From NCBI RefSeq assembly GCF_043381705.1, contig NC_092214.1:2519823-2533129 (forward strand): DNA of 13,307 bases, in the 5' to 3' direction. The notes below the pieces were generated by a model that was not told the DNA's origin, did no database searches, and worked only from the letters and a program-made list of their open reading frames with translations. This stretch comes from Parasteatoda tepidariorum (taxonomy: Eukaryota). A program made the translations under genes and the position numbers. Each line of letters starts with the position of its first letter. The stretch's first letter is position 1. Positions 1 to 7,384 of the stretch are shown here, piece after piece.

Positions 1-652
1 CGCAGTATAGTATATATAATTTTAGCTGACCTATATAGCATCTCACATCTTTTTCCAAGTTGTTTAAAAGTTGTTGGTCATATTATAAATATTTATGTGT
101 ATTTATCACAACTGCTAGTTTTATGTTTCCCCTCAAAATATGCTTACTTTTTGGGATATAAACCAGCAGATTTCTCTCTTAGAAGAAGTGTAGCAACCAC
201 TTTTCTCTCTGTTCTGGTAAGTAATTGGTTTTATTCTAGGTGATAGATAGCCAGAGCAAATATCTTTCTTTCAACTACTTTAAGGCAGTAAAAAATTTAT
301 GAAGTTCTTAGTTGTTTACTGCTTTCTGCAAATTTGAAAGAGCAAAGATCTTCATTCAAGACGCCCAACTAATTAAAGTGAAATACAATCAAGCCTCTAT
401 TTACCAAATTTCGAGATTTAATGAATTTTTCTTTCTCTCCAATAAAAATGAAGGCAAAAACTTCTAACAAATAAAAAAATGCAGACTAACAAATTATTCT
501 GGAGGACAAAAAAAAAGCTGCTTTTCAAATTATTACAGTATCCTATCTATGGTGTCGGGAAGATAAAACAACCTTTTTTGTATTCATAAATTTTAGATAT
601 GTTAGGTCTTAGTTCAGATCTCACTGGTGCGTATGAATAACAATTAAGTGTG

Positions 653-764
653 ACCTGTAAGAACAAAAAATTCCTTTATTATCCTTCCCATTCTGAAATA
701 ACAAAGAAGTGAGGGGTATTGGATACCTGTGAGGACAGAAAGTTCCTTTATTATCTATCATCCC
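653..764 (+). repeat. Imperfect ~38-bp direct repeat pair (653-690 'acctgtaagaacaaaaaattcctttattatccttccc' and 725-764 'acctgtgaggacagaaagttcctttattatctatcatccc') immediately upstream of the pogo/Tigger-like ORF. Possibly subterminal repeats or the 5' UTR of that element.
   Basis: The two copies are aligned in the sequence at about 80% identity, 72 bp apart. Their functional role is inferred. Confidence 0.6.
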
Positions 765-841
765 TTTCTATATTACTTAGAAATAAGGTGTGTTGGGCAG
801 TCATTTTTCAGGAATATTAAATTTTTGAGAGTTTTTGAAAC

Positions 842-2000
842 ATGATAGAATGTTGGAAACTAAAACGTTTTTCCTTGAGTGAAAAGCTTAAAATTTTATG
901 TGAGTTTGACAAAAATGTTGGACTGCAAAATGCTTTAGCAGAACCTCTCAAAATCTCATCAACTGTAGCTAAAATTGTTAAACAACGAGCTGAAATTAAA
1001 AAAGTCTCTGTAGAATGTGGTGAAAAATTGTCAAAAGTAAGAAAGTCATTGAAAAGTAAGAAAGTCATGAAAGTCATCAGTCTTTCTGTTCTTGAGTCTG
1101 ATCTAGTGGAATGGTTCAACATTGCACCAAGAATGTAGCCATTAGTGGACCTCTAATCAAAGAAAAAGCCTTTCAACTAGCTGAAAAGCATACCACAAAA
1201 GACTTTTCTGCATTCAATGGTTGGATTGATTGTTTTAAAAAATGATATGACATAGTCCAAAATAAAGTGTGCGGAAAAAAGGCAGATGTAAAGGAAAATG
1301 TATTGAAAGATTGGAAAGAAAAGTTGCTCAACCTAATTGAAGGATATTCACCATCCAACATTTACAGCGCAAAAGAAACAGAGTTATTTTGTGACTTATA
1401 ATCTGACAAAACATTCTGTTACAAAAATGAAAAATGCTTTGGAAAAAAAGTGGAATGATGACAAAATCTTGGATAACTTCTTTTCTATTTACAGTTTATT
1501 TTCGACATTGTTAGATAAGTCTGTGAATTATTTATCAATGTTCCACTCATCCTCCAATTTTCAATCTAAAAAACGTCTAAGTCATGTTTTTCCCTGCAAA
1601 TTTCACAAGTGTGCTTTAGCCACCAGACCTTGGTATCATTCATTTTGTTACAATTAATTACGGAAAGTGGCTTATGAGGAAAATTATAGCATCGTTAGTG
1701 GAAAATGAGAATAGATACAAAGCCACTGTTTTGGATGCATTATTTTTTAAAGACAAACTTGTAACCAAGTTTCAGAAAATGCAATTCTTTCAAGAAGTGC
1801 TTTCAGGATCACCAATGGGAAGAGTGGAAAACGGCGATGTCTTCTTTTTGTTTGATCCTTCTGAAGAAGTCACATGAAAAGAACTTGCTCCTTATAATTA
1901 ATGCACTTTGTTTATAATAAATGAAGGTTCTGATGCAATTCTGTAGATAGCTGAACAAGGTGTGACTTAAAATTTCAAAGTCAAAATTTCATCAGTTTCA
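842..2000 (+). pseudogene. Decayed pogo/Tigger-family (Tc1/mariner superfamily) transposase. It shows a CENP-B-type N-terminal HTH, a second HTH (Tnp_Tc5-like) and DDE domain segments, broken by several frameshifts and in-frame stops.
   Basis: The ORF at 842-1138 translates to ...KLKRFSLSEKLKILCEFDKNVGLQNALAEPLKISSTVAKIVKQRAEIKK, a CENP-B/pogo N-terminal HTH pattern. At ~1135-1245 the next frame gives VAISGPLIKEKAFQLAEKHTTKDFSAFNGWIDCFKK, the classic PISGP...DFKASNGWL..FKKRH motif of pogo/Tigger. At ~1260-1400 the translation is GEKADVKENVLKDWKEKLLNLIEGYSPSNIYSAKETELF, matching GE.ADVE...L..LIEEGGY.P.QIFNADETGLF. At ~1861-1900 it reads KNLLLIINALCL (compare KILLLIDNAPSHP), and at ~1940-1975 AEQGVT*NFKVK (compare MDQGVILTFKSY). 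At least five frame changes or stops are needed to thread these together, and the sequence turns non-coding and AT-rich after ~2000. Confidence 0.8.
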
Positions 2001-2291
2001 AAAAGTTTTCTCGTGAATAAAAATTTCAAAAACTAGAAAACGGATGTCTTTGTTAGCATGCAATGTCTTTTTAAAAATTAAGTATAGTATTGAAAGATCT
2101 CATTTGAAAAAAATATAAATGTATTTATAACCTTTATTGTAATTATTACTTGCACTTTATTGACATAAAAAAGGCTATGTTACTGTCAATCATTATATCA
2201 GTTTCATAATTCTTTTTAATGTGTTAATGTGTTTTCTCAAAATAAGTCCAGTATTTATGAATTATAAGTAAATAGGTGGGCAATTCCATAT

Positions 2292-2305
2292 GTGACGGAA
2301 TGACA
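2292..2305 (+). repeat. Copy 1 of the 14-nt motif GTGACGGAATGACA (context tgtgacggaatgacatttt).
   Basis: Exact string match in the sequence. The same 19-nt context 'tgtgacggaatgacatttt' recurs at 2472-2490. Confidence 0.9.
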
Positions 2306-2473
2306 TTTTGACTTGCATGATGACAATTAATTGAAGTTTCTATGCATCTAATTTCAAATAAACATGATTTTTTTCTCGTGCATATCATTATTATTGATAT
2401 AATGTGATTCATAAACTAAAAAAAAAGAATTTTGTACTTTTTTTATTTTTAATTTTATGAACTTTTTACTTGT

Positions 2474-2487
2474 GTGACGGAATGACA
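2474..2487 (+). repeat. Copy 2 of the GTGACGGAATGACA motif, 182 bp downstream of copy 1.
   Basis: Exact string match. Confidence 0.9.
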
Positions 2488-2659
2488 TTTTGGCAACCAA
2501 GCTTTCGGCATGCCGCTTAGAACTGGTAGTTTCTGTGAATTTTGCAACTATTATTTTCCTGAACTATTTTTTACTTTTAGTATAATGTGTAAGCAATGTA
2601 AATTGTGAATTTGGAAAATTAACCTCAGGTTGGCTAGCAGTTATTAACATCTATTTGCT

Positions 2660-2687
2660 GTGACGGAATGACCGTGACGGAATGACA
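2660..2687 (+). repeat. Copies 3 and 4 of the motif as a head-to-tail tandem doublet (gtgacggaatgac-cgtgacggaatgaca), 186 bp downstream of copy 2.
   Basis: String match. This doublet is the inverted counterpart of the doublet at 4107-4142. Confidence 0.9.
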
Positions 2688-2710
2688 AAAAGTTTAGTGG
2701 AAGAAAGTCT

Positions 2711-3200
2711 TCATTTAAAAAATGTTTTATTAATATGTAAATGATAAACAGAATGTATCAGATGAACAGAATTAATATTTACGTAAGAATCAGTTAAAAT
2801 TTCAACAATTTGAAAATTAGGTTGTTTTAGAAGAGGTTTTATATCTAACTTGTCAATGTCACATCTTATCTTTGTTCTCAGAAAATTTATGCATAAATCA
2901 ATTTTTGTCTCATGTTCTTTAAATACTTTAACATCTAAATCGTCTTTGTTTATCAAAGTAATTTGCGCTGCATATAAATCTGCCTTCTTTTTTTTTCGCA
3001 GTATGGGACAATGATTAAAGAGCCGACCGCATACTCCTCAATCATATTTCCCATTTCCTCTTCAAAACAGTGGCTTTTCAAATCATACACTTGGTTTTGG
3101 TTAAAATTAGAAAGCATTTCAATTTTGATGATTCGCTTCTCAACTACATGAGCATCTAGTGCAGGTCTCTTGTTCCTGGCAATGCTAATGTAGCAAGTGT
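2711..3200 (-). pseudogene. Frameshifted ORF remnant of unknown product inside the motif-bounded segment. One frame gives ...YISIARNKRPALDAHVVEKRIIKIEMLSNFNQNQVYDLKSHCFEEEMGNMIEEYAVGSLIIVPYCEKK, followed after a -1/+1 shift in a poly-A run by LINKDDLDVKVFKEHETKIDLCINFLRTKIRCDIDKLDIKPLLKQPNFQIVEILTDSYVNINSVHLIHSVYHLHINKTFFK.
   Basis: About 160 codons free of stops are reconstructed from the minus strand with one frameshift at the A9 run near 2990. I recognised no family motif, and this segment is less AT-rich than its surroundings. Confidence 0.25.
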
Positions 3201-3741
3201 CTAGCTGAAGTCATTCTCTTTTACCTTCTCTTAAATAGAATAGCTGGACAAAAACAAAACTTCAACGATTTGTTGCTTCGACTTTATGAAGTCATAAAAT
3301 TCTTTTACATATTATGTGCCGTTTTACAGCAGCCAACATCTTGTTTGGCCTTTTAGAACAACATCACAATTACATGGAATTTATAGGTGCATGTGCTGTG
3401 AGGTATTAATGAAATACACTTAACAAAAATAAGAATAAGAACAAAAATGAGATAAGACACACTTTACATCAATATATGCTTCTTTATGAAAAGCCTCTTT
3501 TAAGGCCATAAGTATATATTGCATCTGCACTCTTCGTTACTCTGTCAGAGTTTGTATTATGACTGAATCCTTCATACTTGGGGGCTTGTAACTAACATCA
3601 TCTTGACAGTAAAATTTTTTTAACCAAATTAAACAGCTCATCAACATTACTTTTCTCACTTAGTTTCTTTTGAGTTCGATGTTAAATACTTCTCACATAA
3701 AGACTGAATTAATTTTTTTACCTCTATTGGTGATTTTGGAA

Positions 3742-3787
3742 GTGAGTGTACAATTTTTTTTATGGTGAGTGTACAATTTTTTTTATG
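3742..3787 (+). repeat. Perfect 23-bp tandem duplication (gtgagtgtacaattttttttatg, two copies).
   Basis: Exact repeat seen in the sequence. Confidence 0.9.
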
Positions 3788-3984
3788 GCTTTACCAAGAC
3801 TCTGCAGGAATTTGTATAGGGAATTTAAATTATTTGTATGTGAAGAGATTGGTAGAATTTGATTTTTTCTTTGTTTACACAATCTCTGCACAACAGCGTT
3901 TGCACTTCTGAGTTTTTTAAGTCCAACTTTTGTCGCGGAAGCTTTCTTCTCTGCCTTTCTTTCTCTGTTTTTTTTCTTCATCAT
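3760..3984 (-). other. Short minus-strand ORF (74 aa) with a strongly basic N-terminus (MMKKKNRERKAEKKASATKVGLKKLRSANAVVQRLCKQRKNQIL...), resembling an NLS or a DNA-binding tail. It may be a remnant of a protein encoded by the motif-bounded element, and its coding status is uncertain.
   Basis: Entry in the six-frame ORF track. The lysine/arginine-rich composition is unusual for a random AT-rich ORF, though AAA-rich DNA gives K-rich translations trivially. Confidence 0.2.
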
Positions 3985-4106
3985 ATCATGGGGATCTTGG
4001 TCTTTTTCAACATTTTATCTGTCTTTCAACAGCTGTTTTAGCCATTAGGTTAATTGAAAAAAAAATAATTCCCTAGTTTTTGACTAAGCTTCTCAAGGAC
4101 TCGTTT

Positions 4107-4142
4107 TGTCATTCCATCGCCGAAGATGTGTCATTCCGTCAC
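4107..4142 (-). repeat. Copies 5 and 6 of the motif in inverted orientation (tgtcattccatcgcc...tgtcattccgtcac, the reverse complement of gtgacggaatgaca). Copy 5 is degenerate (gatggaatgaca).
   Basis: Reverse-complement string match. Confidence 0.85.
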
Positions 4143-4285
4143 GCTAATTATTGGAAGTTAATAATCAAATGCATAGAATTTTACAATTTCTCATTGATTC
4201 TTATGCCACATCTGCTTTATATTCCAAAATATACACATTTTCATTCAAAAACGCAGTTGCTATTTAAAAAAATATACTAAAACAT

Positions 4286-4299
4286 GTGACGGAATGACA
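4286..4299 (+). repeat. Copy 7 of the GTGACGGAATGACA motif on the plus strand, followed by an A-run.
   Basis: Exact string match. Confidence 0.9.
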
Positions 4300-5529
4300 C
4301 AAAAAAAAGTTACTTTTATTTAATATATTAAACTTAAAATGACTTAAAGGCTATGTTTTAAATGTTTAAATTTTGTACTATATGCATATTTTTATCAAAA
4401 TATTGCAAAAGAAAGATACATTTCTTTTATTTTATAAGTATTTTTCAAGAAAACAATTTGAGCACAAATGTGAAGAATTCACTTGTCAGTCATGTGATTA
4501 CTTTAGAATGATGCCAGATTCAAAAAACTTAAAATTATCAAAAATTAAACAGTAATATGTAGACTTTGGCTATTTTTGAACATATTTTTAAAATTAAAAT
4601 ATGCAATTCATAAAAAAAAAATTTCACTTAAAAGTTGACAATTTCGTGGAATTGCCCAGGTGTCTTCACATTATAGCGGACTCACGTTATAGCGTCTGTT
4701 TTTGTTTGGACTGCAAGGGGTCATTGTCCTACAGAAAGCTCCTTATTATTTTAGGGTTTCAAAATCTCCCACAAATTGTTTTTGGTTGTGATTCCACACG
4801 TTGGTTTTAGTTCTATTTCTCTGTCTTCATCGATATCACTTTGCTCTTATCTTCTGCAACTATTTCCTTTTCTGACAATACCGTAAGTTTCAATACTTTT
4901 ATCAACTGATTCCTAAACACCAAACCTGATGTTTGATGAGCTTTCCCCAAACTGTAACAAACCTTCATTTTTTCCTTTGTCAATAAGCATCAGAAGATGC
5001 CATTTTTCTTCTCAAAAGGAAATAACTTCATAACTTTTTTTAAATATCGGTAAAATTTCTGAACAGTAGATGTGGGAATCTCTAAGTTTCAAAATGATCT
5101 AAACTGGTAATAACATTATTATAACAGCATTTGTGATGGGACAGTAAAACAAGATTATACACAGGGAAAACCAAGGTTGCAAGAATATTTGTTCAAAACT
5201 GAACTGCATTTATGTATACATATCATCATTGATTTGACAAATACGTAAGGAAGATTATTTTTACTATTTATAACTTTTTCTATCTCAGCATTATTTTTTT
5301 TTAATATCTAAAAGAAATAATGATGTAAAATATGAATTTATGTGATACAGCTTAACTCTGGTAACAAATATAGAAATCTTATTTAAAAATATTTTGCATT
5401 TAAATGTTATAGCAATATAACTGTGACTCCTTTCTTTTTGGGGCTTTAACCCTTTTGGTTCTACTGTCATGCATAGATGCCAGTAAGAAGCTCTTTCATT
5501 TCGACCTGTTAGAGTGCTTTCTTGTTTAT

Positions 5530-7380
5530 CCCTAGCCAGTGGTGTGTCAGGTCTTTTTTTATTTTAAATCAAATTTTAAATATCTGGCTTTTTTGAAATT
5601 CAATTTCTTAGGAACAGTTCTACCGATTTTGCTCAAATTTCTTATTTTGCCATGTAAAATTATATTCTTTAAAATGATGCAAAAAATTGTATACCTTACT
5701 ATTGCAAATTTTTTGTGACCATTATTAAATATAATAATAAAATATAACAAATATTTCATAAGGCTTATTCTTTGCATGAAATTATCTTTGGACAAACAAA
5801 TTTTATAATCTATGCAAAATTTTTTCAAATTTGCTTAAAAAGTTTTAGATATATAGCAAAATAAGCAAAAAGTAAAATTAATATTATGGGGTCAAAACTG
5901 TAGACTGTTGGAACCATATTTCCCAGATTGCGGCTACCCCCTACTTTTGGGGGTGTAGTGAGTCAAATAGCAGTGAGCAAGATAGCTTTTACAAGGCTTA
6001 CACAAATTCGGATAGCAGCGATGAGAAAGAAATAAGATTTCCGAGAAATATAAATAGAATTACATTGTATAATTCTATTCATCAGTGCAATCTTAGTGAT
6101 ACTGAATGTAATGAAGATACCATTGACGAGATTTTGCAAGAATCAGTCATTGATGAAGAAAGAAGAACTGATGTTACTGAGGAAAATAAAATTCTCTTTT
6201 TCTGAGGCAGACGGCATCATTAGACAATTACCTGGTGATGTTAATCCATATTATGTGTTTGAACTGTTCGCTGATGACGAAATAATAGACCTACTTGTAT
6301 CGGAAACAAATTGACACACGGAACAAAAGGTATATAAATCTGAGCTAACACTGTGTTCATGGATGCATAACTAGACACCTACTTATCCTCAAGAAATAAA
6401 AAATTCTTGGGACTGATTTTATACATTAGGATTTGTAAAAGTAAACCGCTTTTCCAATTATTGTTCGAAAAGCTCTCTGTATAACTTTCATTATCGCGTA
6501 CTATTATGTCACGAAACAGATTCGTGTTACTATTGAGTAATTTTAATTTTGCCAATAATGTGTACTTTGCTCGTAAAGATCAACTTGGAAATATACCTTC
6601 ACTTTTCAACAAACTGGAATGAAAGTATAAAAAAATATTCACGCCTGAAAAACACATTGCTATTGATGAAAAATTGATTCCATGGCATGGGAGACTCATC
6701 TTCAAACAATATATACCAAATAAAGCGCACAAATATGGAATCAAATTATTTCAATTATGCTCAAGCACGGGATATACATGAGACAAGATGAAAATTTATT
6801 CTGGTAAATCAGCTGAAGGTGTTAGAGAAACAGGATTAGCGCACAGCGTATGTCTTCAGCTCGCAGAGAAACTTTTCTATCAAGGACGAACATTTTACAT
6901 TGATAATTTTTATACGAATTATGAATTAGCGATATTATGCCTAAAGCGCAAGACCCATGTAGTGAGAACACTTAAGAATGACAAAAAGTTCCTCCCAAGT
7001 GATATTCTTCATTGCAAACTAAGAAAAGGGGAGATGGTATCCAAAACAGATAACAGGATTGTCAAACATCAATGGAGAGACGCAGGACTTGAAAATTTTA
7101 TCCTCCAAAATTGCTCCTATCATGGTACCAAGTACAAAAAAATCATAGCATTCATGCTGTTTCACCAAGGCAACAGACATCTGCAACATTGAAAACACTA
7201 GTTGTTGTTGAACTTAATGCAGTAAAATGTGGTATGGATTATTCCGAAATTTAGGGTTGACTGAAAATATAACAAATCCTTGTCTTTGTCGGAATCAGCA
7301 TAATATCACTGTTCCTAAAAATGATTCCATAAAAAAAGCATTAGAGGTGCTTGGAGACAATGTTATGCAGGTAAATGATG
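5530..7380 (+). mobile_element. Decayed piggyBac-like DNA transposon. A candidate 5' terminus CCCTAG lies at 5530-5535, preceded by TTAT (a degenerate TTAA target). The 5' leader is ~356 bp before the ORF start at 5886. The 3' boundary is uncertain: a candidate TTAGGG|TTGA lies at 7251-7260, or the 3' end was disrupted by the adjacent LINE fragment.
   Basis: The CCCTAG terminus sits about 350 bp upstream of the ATG, which matches the known piggyBac architecture (TIR CCCTAGAAAG..., ORF starting ~330 bp in). An alternative 5' candidate, TTAA|CCCTTTTGG, lies at 5436-5446. The boundaries are inferred. Confidence 0.65.
5886..7310 (+). pseudogene. piggyBac-family transposase pseudogene with multiple frameshifts and premature stops.
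   Basis: ATG GGG TCA at 5886 gives MGS, matching the piggyBac N-terminal MGSS, but a stop follows after 5 codons. An acidic N-terminal stretch reads ...SDSSDEKE...ECNEDTIDEILQESVIDEERRTDVTEENK. NPYYVFELFADDEIIDLLVSETN matches piggyBac DPLLCFKLFFTDEIISEIVKWTN. MSRNRFVLLLSNFNF matches MSRDRFDFLIRCLRM. HIAIDEKLIPWHGRLIFKQYIPNKAHKYGIKLFQLCSSTGYT*D matches [34 protein letters not shown].TGY, with an in-frame TGA at ~6780. GRTFYIDNFYTNYELAILCLKRKTHVVRTLKNDKKFLP matches the catalytic-core motif NITCDNWFTSIPLAKNLL...TIVGTVRSNKREIP. Confidence 0.85.
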
Positions 7381-7384
7381 TCAA

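Larger units (their letters stand above)
2660..4142. mobile_element. Candidate ~1.5-kb TIR DNA element of unknown superfamily, bounded by inverted doublets of GTGACGGAATGACA. The termini would read 5'-GTGACGG...CCGTCAC-3'. Both ends are flanked by GCT, which could be a 3-bp target-site duplication. Extra solo motif copies lie outside at 2292, 2474 and 4286, so a larger element with subterminal motif arrays spanning ~2280-4300 is an alternative reading.
   Basis: The inverted arrangement of motif doublets is visible directly in the sequence. The interior carries only degenerate minus-strand ORFs. The element interpretation is inference; no transposase signature was recognised. Confidence 0.3.

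Noticed and set aside
1-20. Window begins cgCAGTATAG..., resembling a pogo-type CAGTATAA TIR start.
   Set aside because: It is not preceded by TA and no inverted partner was found. It lies ~840 bp upstream of the Tigger-like ATG, which is longer than typical leaders, so it is probably coincidental.
205-225. Canonical donor-like CTG|GTAAGT at 216, as evidence of an exon at the start of the window.
   Set aside because: No convincing upstream ORF or acceptor. GTAAGT occurs by chance in AT-rich DNA.
817-1361. Minus-strand ORFs 817..1122 and 1173..1361 from the six-frame track.
   Set aside because: They run antisense to the well-supported pogo/Tigger transposase frames. They are low-complexity and F/L/S-rich from AT-rich DNA, with no motifs.
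2224-2412. Minus-strand ORF 2224..2412 overlapping the first motif copy.
   Set aside because: AT-rich chance ORF (I/N/K/F-rich) inside a region that behaves as non-coding repeat sequence.
2278-4649. 12-mer inverted match tgggcaattcca (2278-2289) and tggaattgccca (4638-4649) as TIRs of a 2.37-kb element.
   Set aside because: Several chance 12-mer inverted matches are expected in 13 kb, and the match does not extend beyond 12-13 nt. It is kept only as a weak alternative boundary in the motif-array finding.
3859-4810. Plus-strand ORFs 3859..4041, 4080..4280, 4373..4555 and 4601..4810.
   Set aside because: Short and low-complexity, with translations dominated by F/L/I/K from T- and A-runs. The ORF at 4080..4280 simply reads through the inverted motif copies. 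No conserved motifs were found.
5559-5828. Minus-strand 89-aa ORF in the piggyBac 5' leader.
   Set aside because: It lies in the AT-rich non-coding leader between the TIR and the transposase ATG, has I/K/F/N-rich composition, and is most likely chance.
6788-7192. Plus-strand ORF 6788..7192 (134 aa) as an independent gene.
   Set aside because: It is a Met-initiated piece of the decayed piggyBac transposase (it contains the YIDNFYT core), not a separate gene. It is annotated within the pseudogene.
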